Positions 49,101-62,739 of a stretch of 64,000 nucleotides of DNA are shown here, piece after piece. The notes under the pieces were generated by a model that worked only from the letters and a program-made list of their open reading frames with translations, was not told where the DNA came from and did not search any database. The DNA lies in assembly GCA_965153455.1 (NCBI GenBank), contig OZ234493.1, positions 16,110,213 through 16,174,212 on the forward strand. Reading direction: 5' to 3'. How positions within the stretch are numbered: the first letter of the stretch is position 1; each line of letters begins with the position of its first letter. Position numbers and translations under genes: made by a program. Source of the stretch: Sphagnum compactum (Eukaryota).

Positions 49101-52100
49101 AATTGAACCTTTCACCTCCCCAATGATAATCCAAATCCTTATCAATGGACTACACTTTCCAAAGTTGACAAAACTTGTCATGTTGTTTATGTCACATCAT
49201 TATTTATGTTATTAAGTAAGAAAATAAGGTAATTAATAGGTAGGTTGCACGATGGTTGGTAGGTAAAGGAGGTAAGTAAATAAGTAGCTTGTAGTCCATA
49301 GGAGGTAGGTAGGTAGGTCTGTAAGATTTTTTTATTTTTTTATTTTTTTCATTTGGACAAAGTAAGAAAAAATAATAATGGTTAAAGTTGGTTATTTTTG
49401 TATGAAACAAAGGATGATATGGGATATTGTGGTAATGTTTGCCTTTCATTAAATTTATCCCATATCCTTTATCAACAAGTTCAACTTTGTAAATTATAAA
49501 ACTAAACGAAAGAATATCAATTTACACAAAACATGCACTAAGTATATTCAAAGTGTAAATACCACTTCTAACAAGCCAATAAAAAAAACTTGTGACCGAA
49601 AAAATAAATAGGATCCTACTTACTTACTTACTTAAGCCTATTTACCTACCTTGCTTACCCACCTACCTATTTGAACTTCTAGCTTAAATTTTTAAGCTAT
49701 TTAGTTTAAATAGTGTGGTTTTGTAAGCTAGTTTAGATTGTTAATTAGGGTTTTAACTTAAGTAAGGTTCATAGACTATGTTAATAAATAGATAGTTAGA
49801 TTGTCAATGTGACTTTATTACGTTTAAACATGTTTCTGGGTGCAATCATACTAACATGTACCATTATAATTGTAACCACTATTTAATTTTTTAAATTTTG
49901 GATTGTAAAATAAATAATATATTATAAATAATTTTTTTATATAATTTAAATTTATTGTGAATAATGACATACATATCATAAAAAATTGAAATCAATCTAA
50001 TGAATGAAAAATATGTATTTTAACTTTTAAAAACTTGTAACCATGACTACTTAAAAATAGTTTTGACACTAAAAGCACGACATAAATGCATACAATACTT
50101 TTTCATGACATATTTTTGGATATTTTTTAATATACACCTTAACATAATAATATGAAAAAAAATTTTAAACAATTTAATTTTTTTTCAAGATGTATGAAAT
50201 TTTGTAAAGAATATTATTTTTTAAAAAAACAAAAAAGTAGTGGTCTAAGGGGGCATGTGTAATTCCTTATAGCATGGTTGGACTTGTCTACATTTCATAA
50301 GTCAATAAATATCTATTATTCAATTATATTTTTGCACTGTAGTAATAAAAATCATATGATTAATGGTAAAAATTACTTTGAACATAATTATTACTAATAA
50401 TATAAGCCATAAGTCCAATTTTACTACATAGGCATGTAGTAATATGCGATCTATATTACCACAAACATAACAATATGTGTAGTAATATATGCCACATCTC
50501 AGTATAATGTTTGCTCCCTACATCAAATCATACTAGGTGGAAAACATCATTGAATTGAAATATACAATCACTAAACAACAAAGTTCAAATATGATATAAA
50601 GACTACTTTAATCATTTGCAAAACTTTCACAACAAAAACTTAGGTTAATTCAACATTACATGACTTGAGTAAGATGTTTGATTTCCAAGTGGCTCTATTT
50701 TCCATAGCATTTTAGGTCAAATAGATGTTATGCTTTTGGAAGGTTTGCATTTAAAACTTAGAAAGGACTTTGGACCAAGACCTTACAAAAATGTCTATAC
50801 ATGAGGTTCACGCTAAGCAGGATGCTAAAAAGGTCAAACATCAAATAGTTCTTCAATGATCCTCTCATGCAGATCTAACAATTTAACTGACTGAGCTAAA
50901 ATGCAACGGTGATGCAACACTAATAGGGTTGGTTCAACAACTAGAGGCCTGATATCATTCAGACTTTTTGTAGGTGAAAAACACATCTTCATAAAAAAAA
51001 ATTGCCTCATATTTTTCCAAAATGAGTATCCTTTTCAAGGTTTTCCAAATAACTTCATTGACATTTTCCATGTGCGTCTTTTTTCATAGCATGTTTACAT
51101 ATGTTTCACAACATGTTTGCACATGTTGTGGGGATTATGTTGTGGGGAACATAATTCCCATGACAATCACCCCAAACTTTGAATTTAGGTTCACAATGGC
51201 TTAAATGCACCACAATTTTGTCTCATTCAATCCTACCATATGTTAAAGCATCAAGCATCTCACCTTCCATACAACTAGATTTTTCAAATCAAATTGTAAG
51301 ATGTTAGCTTAAGGAATGTCAAAACACAATAGTGGTTGTGATAATGTGCATTGCACAATGTGCACAAACCTTAGGTTTAAGGTTCAAGAATTTTGACCTA
51401 ATGGATTAACAAGAAATATTTATGACATAGTCAATGGTTTAGATGCAATTACTTTAACATTTCAAAATAACAAAATAGATGGTCTAGATGAAATATTGCC
51501 AAGTTATGAAATTCAAACTTCATTGGTTCCAATTTCCACAACATCAATTATGATTTTGCACATGTGGTTAAATTATCTTACACTTGGTCATAAATGCGTA
51601 AATAATAATTTTAAATATGGAAATTTTTTAAAAGCACGATTTTAATTTCAAAATAAATTTGTATAATAGAAAATGTTCACATGCAACAAGTTCATTGTTC
51701 TAATGATACGTTATATTGCACATGTGTTTAAAACAGCTTAAAATAATTTTAAATTGGCCAATGTTTTTTGTTATGATGCTCAATTCAACACTCATTAAGG
51801 ACAAAAAAACAATTGTTACACCATGATTGGCTCATTTGTGTAGAAACGCACTCGACCATCAATAGGAATTCCTTTCTCAAACCCCTGATTACTTTTCAAA
51901 ACCAATGCTTCTCTCTTGGATTACTCTTCAAAACCAAAGCTTCTTTCTTGGAGTTCAGACATTAATAGGTACTATCTTTCAAAACCTCAAAACCATTCCT
52001 TCCTCCCACATTTATTCCCACAATCACGTAGTCAAGTCTAAATCTAGATTGCCACTCTAATTGTTCACACAAACCCCTTAAGTGTGCTTCATCATCTCCT

Positions 52101-53157
52101 TTAATATGACCCCTAATTATCATGATTTTTACAACTAAGTCCCTCCTCTAAAGCTTATGGTGTAGCAAAATTGCATAGGTCCAAAGAGAAAACAACATTT
52201 ATAATGATCTTCTTGAAGATTCTTCCCAAACCATGTATCTAGAGTCCACAGAACCATTTACTTTTTATAACAAAGAAAGCCAAATAATGCAACAAAGAAA
52301 AAGTCACTTAGTTCCATCATTTTGCTTGTAATGCATTGAGAACACCATACTTATACAACTAACCTCAAAGCTCCCTAATTTGGATCATTCAAACAACACC
52401 GTAACACATATCCAACATGAAGAACAAGAAGACACTACCCGCTACCAAACACTCTCAAAACCAAAAAATCACCATAACAACACCATCTCCCATATCCTAC
52501 AAGAAAACGACAAAACAAAATTGAAAAGCTAACTGTCCACAAGATCTTTCCCCATCAGTGTTGAATCTTTCCCCATCACCATCCCATCGTATCGACTATC
52601 GAAAGTTTGTGGCTTTCTGGCTTTGGGTGGTTAGAGGTGATGATGTTTCATCCATCTAGGGTTTCATCAACCCTAATTTTGGGTCGCACATCCTTTATGG
52701 TGCATCGGTAAGTGGGCACGTTCACTCTGGCCAGTTATATTGTAACTTATGCCGGCTAACTAGCTTGTCGAGACTCGAGCAATCCGAGGCTCCAAACTGT
52801 TGCCCCAAAGGAGAGACAGCAGCAAACGGCGGGAGCGTTCAGGCGGCGATGATGATCCTCACTTGCGCCACATATAAATATATGATACAAGTGCTGCAGT
52901 GAGTCAGTTATTTGCGGATGTTGCATGAGTTTGGCTTCTTTGATGTGCACATGACGCGAACACCTTCGCCTGCATGAACAGAGCTTCATTATTTTTTAGT
53001 TGTAGACTTCTAGTAGCCGCAGGAGTCAGGAGTGAGGAACTACAGAATTGTTAGACCCGCTCCTAGCTAGATCGATCTTATAGAGAATTCGGAGGTATTG
53101 AGATTGTAATTGCTTCTACTCATTGCAGACTTGTTTTATAGATTGTTTTGCAAGTAC

Positions 53158-54246
53158 ATGGAGAATCGTGATCGCGATTTTCTGCCTGTTGAAGATCATG
53201 CAAATGAGGCGGCCGCTGCTGCAGCTGGGCTACGGGTTGGAGCGGATGATCTAGATCTAGAATCGCCGGATTCATCGTTGGTGTCAGTTATTCTGCCAGT
53301 AGCTGCACTAGGTCCAGCGCTTCCGATCTCTTGGGAATGGACACCCCCGTCCATTCCCCCCAGGTCAATCGTGACTCCAAGCCGCGCGGTAGCCACATTG
53401 ATGCAATTAAGTCGCGCGCCTCCTCTGAATGCAGGTACCTTTTCGACCGAAGTGGTACTAGACGCGAACTTGTCCCACACTGCGACGACCAACGTGGTAC
53501 AATGGCCAAGACGACGTATAAGCTGCCGTGATCTGCACCGTATTGCACGGAGAAACAGAATCCGGGCCTTGAAAGCTGCTCAATGGTCGCCAGGGACACA
53601 ATGTCCGGATGCACCCGCGAGCAGTTCAACCAGCCAACGGTATGGAGATCTAACTTCTCGTCGAGATTGGCATTTTGCATTTCGGCCTCGAAATTCACGA
53701 CCGATCAGGCATCGCGTGAACAATCAGCTTCAGCGACCTGATGCTAATTATATATACAGATCAAGCCGCCCGGTGGACCAGCCACGTATTGTAACACCAC
53801 AGCAGCATCAGAGAGAAGACCCAGCGAGACAGCAACGGGACCAACAGCGTTATATCGACTGGCACTGGTCCCGGCGCCCACATCCTACCTGGGCGCAGTC
53901 GTTGCCTGACTCCTGGCAACATGCAGAGTGGCAGCCCCAGAGGCAACATCATGATGTGGAGCTCCGGGGGGAGCCGGCGGTAGTTGAAGCTGGGTGGGGG
54001 TGGTCGATGTTCGGGATGCGACAACGTCATCACCACGTCATTCTGGTGGAATCAGGATGGAATACGCCGCAAAATCACCGTCTGGTGGAATCAGAATGGG
54101 ACAGGCCGCAGCCGGTCCAGCAGCCGGCCAGCTGGCCCCCTTTGGAATCAGACTCCGCTGCAGCAGTTGCTGATAGTCAGGATGAGGTTCCGGCAGATCA
54201 GGCCTCAGATGGTGAACTAGATAATGTGCACAATGATGATCCGTAG
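53158..54246 (+). CDS. Hypothetical single-exon protein (~362 aa), Pro/Arg/Gln/Trp-rich, no recognised domain
   Basis: Uninterrupted ORF over 1 kb in a GC/CpG-rich island within AT-rich DNA. The first ATG is at 53158 (the track start 53110 is TTG). TATAAATA lies at ~52872 and a telo-box-like AACCCTAA at ~52669. Confidence 0.55.
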   Translation: MENRDRDFLPVEDHANEAAAAAAGLRVGADDLDLESPDSSLVSVILPVAALGPALPISWEWTPPSIPPRSIVTPSRAVATLMQLSRAPPLNAGTFSTEVVLDANLSHTATTNVVQWPRRRISCRDLHRIARRNRIRALKAAQWSPGTQCPDAPASSSTSQRYGDLTSRRDWHFAFRPRNSRPIRHRVNNQLQRPDANYIYRSSRPVDQPRIVTPQQHQREDPARQQRDQQRYIDWHWSRRPHPTWAQSLPDSWQHAEWQPQRQHHDVELRGEPAVVEAGWGWSMFGMRQRHHHVILVESGWNTPQNHRLVESEWDRPQPVQQPASWPPLESDSAAAVADSQDEVPADQASDGELDNVHNDDP

Positions 54247-54766
54247 ACGCGCCGCTCGTGATCAATTCCTGTGCAATAAGATCATCAGCATCTTGTACCT
54301 AGCTAGCTGCAAGACACCTCCTGCTATGATCTATCTGCTGCTGAAAGTGCAGACTTTCAGGCCATGTCTAATAGCACCGGTGTCTATAGTCTAGTGCACG
54401 CCACTGACCTTTGGACCCAAAAACTTACTCAATTAGACATGATCTAAGTTGGGCTTTTGGAAGCACTGGGAAACACTAGCACTCCAGATGGAGCTTGCAT
54501 GATCACAATCCCAATTACTCCTGTAATCAGTTCTTGCTGCATGCTGCAATCAAATTCTCTTTACTTCATTCAGATCTGCCAGGGTGGTAGCAGATTATGT
54601 CATTTTTTTTTACCACATTACATGACATAATCTTCTAGTGATGATCTTATAGTGCTTTTGAATGTGAATAATTGCCATGTTTGCAGCACCTCTGAGATGA
54701 GTTCTCTGCTAATCAATCATCAGGAGATCATTGCAGTTTCTCCTTAGCCAATTTAAGCAAACAGTA

Positions 54767-54924
54767 AGGTCTGGGGTGGCAGACTATGTCATTTAGTTAG
54801 TCCCGCATTATATAGCATAATCTTCAGGTGATGATAATAGGGTCCTAACATTAACCCAAATTTGTGTCTGTTGATTATAAATTTAATTTTTTTTGTAACC
54901 CCTTGAATCTGCCAGCCCAGACCT
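54767..54924. mobile_element. Small MITE (~158 bp)
   Basis: AGGTCTGGGGTGGCAGA ... TCTGCCAGCCCAGACCT (16/17 inverted match), flanked by TA on both sides (or TAA/TTA). Confidence 0.7.
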
Positions 54925-55170
54925 TAATGCCATGGAATGGTCTCACCCTTGTCCATTATGTTGGGTGCATCACCCAGCTCACCCTAAGGGGCTTGCCTAG
55001 CACCTCACCCAACATAATGCTCCAGAGGACAAATTGGCCTCAAAGCTACCACTGAACTCTAGGTCTCTCTTCCAGGGAGAAAAAATCATCCATGGTCCTC
55101 AGGTTAGAAATTCAAGAAATGACCAAATCTGAATCCAATCTCACAATGTGCAACATCTGCTCTTAGAATC

Positions 55171-55285
55171 CATTTAGAAATTTATGCAAATCAAAACCCT
55201 ATCAATACAATGCTTATGAGAAAAAATCCATGGACATGACATTTAGAAATTTATGCAAATCAAAACCCTATCAATACAATGCTTA
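55171..55285. repeat. 46-bp direct repeat, period 69 bp
   Basis: CATTTAGAAATTTATGCAAATCAAAACCCTATCAATACAATGCTTA occurs twice, just 5' of the LINE fragment. Confidence 0.9.
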
Positions 55286-55319
55286 AGAAAAATAATTCAT
55301 GCATTCATGTTTAGGACAT

Positions 55320-55655
55320 ATCCCTTAGGTTTTATCTTGGAGGATCATTCCATTTTTTCAGCATCTAGATCTTGCATTCGTTCTTATTCGGGCAAGGGGG
55401 TAAAGCTATGGTTGGTTGCTAGGCCATCTATTCGTTCATTTCGCATCGCACACTCTACTTTCACCTTAGCATTGTATTTTCGTCTTGGTTTGATTCAATC
55501 CTTGACATCTAGTCTTTTCATGTGTGAATGTGAGCACGAGTTGAACACATCTGCCATGCACTTAGCTTGTTGCCCATTTGGAGGTCAACAGATAGCCACA
55601 CATGATGTCATTTGAAACATCATATGTATGCCCTCGCTTGAAAGAGTGGGCACGT
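55320..55655 (+). mobile_element. Second fragment of the RLE-type non-LTR element
   Basis: FILEDHSI..SGKGVKLWLVARPSI.SF.IAHSTFT..CECEHELNTSAMHLACCPFGGQ..THDVI aligns to the 2065-2400 ORF. Confidence 0.7.
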
Positions 55656-57579
55656 AGTAATACCTTTATTATGGCATGTCAAAAAATGCTTTAATTTGAA
55701 ACTGTATGGTTTGACTACTCGAAAGGTACTGCATTATTCTCACAAAATTTAGAACATTTACAATACCCTCATATGTTTGGTTCTTTATATATGGCATGCA
55801 CTGGGATGGGATGTTTTTGACAATTTAAAGGGTATTACATTATCTTTATGTGAACATAACAATGGGGGTTATCATGTAAGATGATTAGTATATGTAATGA
55901 TTTGATAAATTAAACATCTTAATGGTTCAAGTTATCATTTAAACAAAATTTTGAAGCCCATCTTTTTGTAATTATTCCATTAAGCATGAAATCTGATAGT
56001 ATTGTTTGTAATTTTTCATCCATGCCCAATATATTGCGACATTCATCCTTTTTTAAATATTTGTACTTATTTACACAAGATGGTGTAGAAAGAAAACAAA
56101 ATGCTTCCACTAAAAATATGGGCATCACTCATTACAAAAATGATACAAGAATGTCCAAGTCTAGAACAAAGCCTACGTGAAATGGGGAAAATGCCATAAT
56201 AAAAAATATGTGGGTCATTTTTAACAAAAAAAATGGTACCTTAAAATAATTAGGTTCAAAATAACCCCCTAATTAAAATGGGGTGTATATATGGGCTGTC
56301 TATCTCATTATTAAAGGGGGATGAGATCCGATTTGCCTTCTTATACCATGTTGCAACAACTTGTGCATGTTGGGCATGCTCATGCGTAAAAAAATGTCAG
56401 TTTGCCAAAGATGGCTTCACAACATTAGTCACAAATGTTTCCTTCATGGTGCTTCGAACCCTAAAATAAACATTAAAAAAATATTAATATAATACATGAT
56501 ACCTTAAACCTTAAAGTAAAATCAAATTGAGTATGGAATTACACAAACTTATTGACCATAAATAATTTTCTAATTCATGATATTATGTAAGAAGGCCAAT
56601 TTTTCAATGTTGCATCGTCTGCATGGATGCATTTTTCTAGTTACACTCTTCCCAAGCGCCCTTAAATGCCTTTTGCATATGTGACCCAATTCCTTCAAAT
56701 CACAATTGCTAAATCCTCTTTACATTCCATTTTGGTTTGCACATTGGGGGGGATGCACCCCACACCCCATGTAGTCATGTTTAGGAAATCAAGTATGGCA
56801 ATGGAGGCTAACTTAACAAGTGTGGGCCTAGGAATCTTTAGGTTCTAATGGTAGTTTGGAGTCAATTCCACTTAAGGTTCACATGCTTCCTTGCCTTCGG
56901 AATCGTCTTTTGTTTGACGTTGCAGCAGAACCAAACCTCATGGCTATTCAAGACCTATGCATTCATGGCCATGTGGTCTTGATGCTTTGAACCATTGTCT
57001 TGAACAGTTGGATGCATGGGCTTACCGAGCTCCATGGTGACATTGTGTTAGGCCCGCAAATGGTGTAGCAAGTTATATTTGTCAATATAGGTCACCTCAC
57101 AAACATTGACCCTACAAGCAAACTTAACACCATCCTTGGCCCAAGGCACGCCCTTTTGGGGCAGGGGGGAGGCATCTACATTCGGAACCAAGAAACAAAA
57201 ACAAGAAACCTTAGTGATGAAATTGACTTTATGGATGGAGGTTTAACCCATGATTACTCCTTTATCATAGAAATGGTTTTTTGCAATGTGACCTGAATCA
57301 TATTAACATTTACAACAAATATCCCCTCAACATCAACACCTACTTGCACTTGTTCCTCGATAATTATAATTGGAGCAAATGTACTCACACATCAACACCC
57401 ACTTGCATTTGTTTTCCCACCAACCCCTCCACCAAACCTCCTTCCTTTATGTTACCCTACATGCCATCTTCAATTTGAGCTAAAGTTTATTGGTTGGACA
57501 CATTAATAAAAGATGGATCTTTTGATAAACAAAAAAAAAAACAAATTAGACCCAATTTTTTTCCTAGTTTATTTATAGT

Positions 57580-58630
57580 AAGAAGATGATATGACAATGA
57601 GTTAAAGCTCATGAGTTGACGATGATATAAAACTTATCATTTCAAAGCAACAATTGAACACAAGAAGAATGTGAGATGATGAAGAGCCAAAGATCATGAG
57701 ACCACAACGAACTTTGTTTCAGGGTAACAACAAAACACAAAAAGACCACAAGATGATGACAAATTGGAGCTCCTTGTTGTCTTCTTGTGTTTCAAGGCAA
57801 CAATAAACACAAGAAGACCACGAGTGAACATTGAACTGAAACTTGCCATCGTTTGAAGGCAATAACAAAACACAAGAAAACCACAAAATGACAATGAACT
57901 AGATTTTGTCATTGTTTCGTGGCAACAACATAAGACAAAAAGAGGACGAAACAATGACTAGTTGGAGCTCATCATTATCTCATCGCAAGAACAAAATAAA
58001 TGAAAAGCACAAAATAACAATGAGTTTTAGCTTGTTGTTGTTTCAAGGTAAAACATATAACAAGACAAGGATGAGACAATGATGAGTTGAAGCTCACCAT
58101 CAATTCAAAACATCAACAACACAAGAGAAGAGGACAAGATGCTGACGAGCCGGAGCTCTTCATTGTTTCAAGGTAACAACGTAACACAAAGAAAACATGA
58201 GACGATGTCGAGTTGAATATTATCATTTTAGGGTAGTAGCAAAACACAAGAAGAGTAGGAAACAACGATAAATTAGATTCCATCATCGTCTTGCGACAAC
58301 AATAGAACATAAGAAAAAGACAAATGATGATGAATCAAAGCTCATCATCATTTTTGGGTAGCAACATAACATAAGAAAAAGACAAGATTACAATGAACCA
58401 GAACTCATTATCGTTTTAGGGGAATAATAAAATGTATAAGAAAATAATTATACAATGAAAAGTTGGAGTTTATTGTCCTTTCATGGTAGCAACAAAACAA
58501 AAGAAGAGTAGGAAAAGATAACAAACACGAGGTCATCATCGTTTTAAAACAACAATAGAACATAAGAAGAACATGAAAAAATGATGAATCATGCTCATTG
58601 TCATCTCAAGGTAGCAACAAAACACAAATG
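57580..58630. repeat. Degenerate ~60-bp minisatellite (~16 units)
   Basis: Recurring CAACAAAACACAAGAAGA...GATGA.GAG..GAGCTC.TC.TTGTTTCAAGG. Confidence 0.8.
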
Positions 58631-61600
58631 GAGGAAATCAAAAGACCAAAGTCTAAGAGGAAATTAACAAAAGAAGAGGAGGGGGTTTTCTTCTTTTTTA
58701 GTCACAATGGTCTTTTAGCTCTTCACATTCTTCAAGTGTTTATTCAAATACCCTTTTTTATGCTTTCCTTTCATGTTATTCAAGTTATCCCAGAGCTCTC
58801 ACACAAAATTAACTTGTTTAAAGCCTAATTCGTGCTAACCATTAAACCTAACCCCAAACTAATTTTTTGGGTTATTTTTCAAACAGTGGCAATGAAAGTG
58901 GGTGCCAAGGACTTAGGGAGGAGGGGTGGTTGGTAGGATGAAGGAGGTAAATGGGTAGTAGGTAGGAGGGATTAATACGTATGGTGGAAGGTACATGGGG
59001 TTTGATTGTTAGGGTTAATGAGGTGTGGGGGTAAAAAATAAGAAAAAAAAAGGTCAAAAAGTTTCATCCCATATGTGAAATCCCAAAAAGAATTTTCTTA
59101 CATGGTGCATTTATGGGTGTTGGTTCACTCAACTCGGTCACAATGAACTAGCACCCACTAGTGCACCATCCACTAGATGCATGTTATGATTCAGTTGTGG
59201 ATGATCCTCAACTAAGTTATTACCTAGTTTCATCTTGGTAACCCATTCTATAAGAAATAGGTCTAACATATAGACATGTAAGTAACAAAATAGGGAACTA
59301 TTTGGTAAGTAAATAATTTATACATGGTAGGTAGGGGTTGTTTTTACTACCTACCTAATTGGTAGTTAGTAAATAAAGCAACTAAGTTAAGCACCATGGT
59401 TGACTAGGGAATTGGAACCCAACAGAAAATTGTTTCCTAATCACATATCATCCATCTTTGATGATTCATTGTGGCCATTCAACCTTGTTTTTTTCATTGT
59501 TTTCTTGAAATCTCACCCCTTTATGACCAAATAGGGGGTATTGGTGTTGTGATTTTTTACTTTGTGGATAATTTTAATATCATATACATGTGCCATATTT
59601 TCTTCTTCATTGGAGTGATAAATGGACACGCATTGGGTGTAGTCAAATGAAATAGACATAATCGTCATCCTAGTTTAAGGATCATGGTTAATGAAGACAA
59701 AGACTTCATTAGAAGAAAAATGTCAATTTGTGATTTCAATTTGCAAGCATAAAACAATTGCAACCAACATGTATAAATAAAATTGCCTTAGTTAATGAAG
59801 TCACACCCAACATCTAATCACAAATCATGACTTAACATGACATCACCAAATGGATTTTGGATTATGTATATGGTCAACATATACATGTTCATCATTTGGC
59901 CATCCATATAACATTTGCAACTAGGTCTTGTTTTTATAATTATTTTTACACCTATCAAATATCCACACATTATTTGTTAGTGTTTTAGATTAAGGAAAAT
60001 TTCAAACAATGATTTTATATGTTGAAAAAATCCACATTGTTGAATTCCAACAACTTGTGATGGCATCATTTGGCGATATCAAAATCCACCGTGGGGCACT
60101 ATGAGCAAAATTGGGAATAAATTTGGGTTCAATTCTTTTTATTATTCAAACACTGATTTCAATCGTTCATTATGAGCATTCATTTTAAATGGTCCTAAAT
60201 TGTGACATGTGAAGTAATTGAAATACACCACGTCGCATATTAATTATATTTTGGGAAAAAAATCAAATGAATATTTATTTGAATAAAAGGGTTGGTAAAA
60301 TTATGTAGGTAGGACATACCTACTTACCTATTTATATGGCAAATAGGTAGAAAGGTAGGTGAATTAGAAACTAGCCATGTAAATATCATTATTTCATTTT
60401 ATGTGTTAATGTTAAGCTTCTTTGGCTCATTTCAAATTGCACATTTTTTTAATGTGAAAACATAAGAGAATGCATAGGTTTATTATATAGTTTACAAGAT
60501 GAGTTTGAAAGACAAAACATATGGGTAAATGCATTTTAGTTTCAAATTGAGTTGCAAGTAAAAAGATGTTTCCATATGTTTTGTGCTTGTTTTTAATTTT
60601 GAAAATTATGTAATAAAATAGGTAAATAAAAAACTAATTAACTAACTAGATAACTATCTAATTAAATAATTAACCACTAATTAATTACCTACCTACCCAC
60701 TTATAAACGTACATGTAATTACCTATTATTTTATAATTATTTAATTCTAGAAGTAGCATTCACTTTTACTTCATACTTTCTATTAATTAATCAATTAATT
60801 TATAATGATAATTCGTCAACAAAATGTCATTATTTTAGGGAATTAATTATTTGATATATAACTCAATAATTCATTATAAATTTATAAATTTAAATCCAAT
60901 TAATAAAATTTAATTTATCATTATTATTATATTTTAATCAATTATTTATTATTAATAAGAAGTTAAAATTTTGACAATTAACCTTTTCAATATCAGTTAT
61001 CAAATAAATAAATAACTGATTAACTATCTAATCTAATTAATTATTAAAAAATAGATATTGAATATTTTATATTAATTATTAAATTATTCACTTATATAAT
61101 CGATAATAAATATCAATTATAATTAATATTAAATAAATAATTTAACTCATGAATAATTAATATTTAATAGCTAATTAAATATTAATTAGTTGAATTTTAT
61201 TAAACCTAATTTTTTATTAGTAAATATGAATTATCAAATAATTCATTGAATATTACTTAGATTTTAATCATTTAAAATTGATTAATAAGTATTAACTATT
61301 ACTTATCAACGAAATAGTGAATAAATTTAATTATTCATTACTAATAACCAGATAAATAAATCTGTGAAATTTTAATTAATATTTTTATAGGGTACGCAAC
61401 TATTAAATAAATAATAATTAACTTATTCATTAATTAGTTCTAATTTATAGATTGATGAATAGCATAGAAATGAAAAATATATCAAATAAATCGTAAAGAT
61501 TGAGTTTTAGTTATTTAAATATTTTAATTGATTAAAAAATCGGATTTAATTTTCAAGTAACATATTGTAAAGTATGTATTGATTATTCTGTGTCAAGTTA

Positions 61601-62739
61601 TTACATATAATATATTTTATGAAATTAATAACTTATAAAATAAATATTAAATACGTTGAACGAGTTAAATATTATTCATAATTTTCATTATAATAAAATT
61701 AATTAATTAATAATAATTCATCAATATTATTAATTGATTACTCAATAATCAATATCAAATATAAAATACTAAATTATTAACGAATTACATAAATTATAAA
61801 TCAAATTTCATTAATTAATTAAGTTCTATAATTTATATTATTTAATAAGTTAGTTGATAATACTACTTTGTCAATAACTAATATTGGTTTGACTTGAAGA
61901 TTATAACATCTTAATATGACACGGCTACTATAATTCAATTATACATTAAAATTAGAATGGTATATTTGTAAATAAACCGCAATATATCAAGATGAATTTG
62001 TTTACTTTAATATGTTCATAATATGAACTATTATGTGTTTTATATAAATTGAATACATATTAAATATACTCTGAATGTAATCCATAACACCTTAGTGCTG
62101 ATAAAATGTATAGGTTCACCACACAAAAAAAACCAAGTTATAAGTAATTCTGCGACTAAATGAACATAAAGGCCTATACTTAAATAAAAACTCAAGAAGC
62201 TAATCAATATGGAAAGATGTATAATTTAAGAATCACACCATAGTTCCAAAAATAATAATAAAATTAAAAAGATGCTTACTAGTTGTAATGATAAAACACA
62301 TTTGCAAATGACAAACAATCCCATATAGCTACAAATTGGATGGTTATATAATACAAGATTTTTAATCATGTTTGGAGTGATGAATGGGTAAATTACCCAT
62401 AAAAACCTTGCCAATATGTTCTAAGTTTGACCTTTTGTCTTATTGCTCCCCCATTCCTAACTCAAATTTAATGTGAAAGACATAACTTGAAAAAAAAAAG
62501 GATTGTATGGAGGCCGTCCACATTCTAAAAGGTGTAAATGTGTCCATCCAAGGCATCTTCATTCTCTTGGGGCCCACTTTGATTGTCTTTTTTTCTCCTC
62601 AAGCCTTATTCATGGTTATTCATAATGTTGTTAAAAAAGGTCACCAAGCTCCCATACTTAAAATGAACTCCCCACTAAAGGGTACCAAAACAAGTTTTTT
62701 TTAAAAATTTGGGCTATCGACCTCTATTCCATACTTTAA

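Noticed and set aside
56600..57050. Possible Cys/His-rich transposase (MULE-like) relic on the minus strand
   Set aside because: It has many stops and no complete diagnostic motif.
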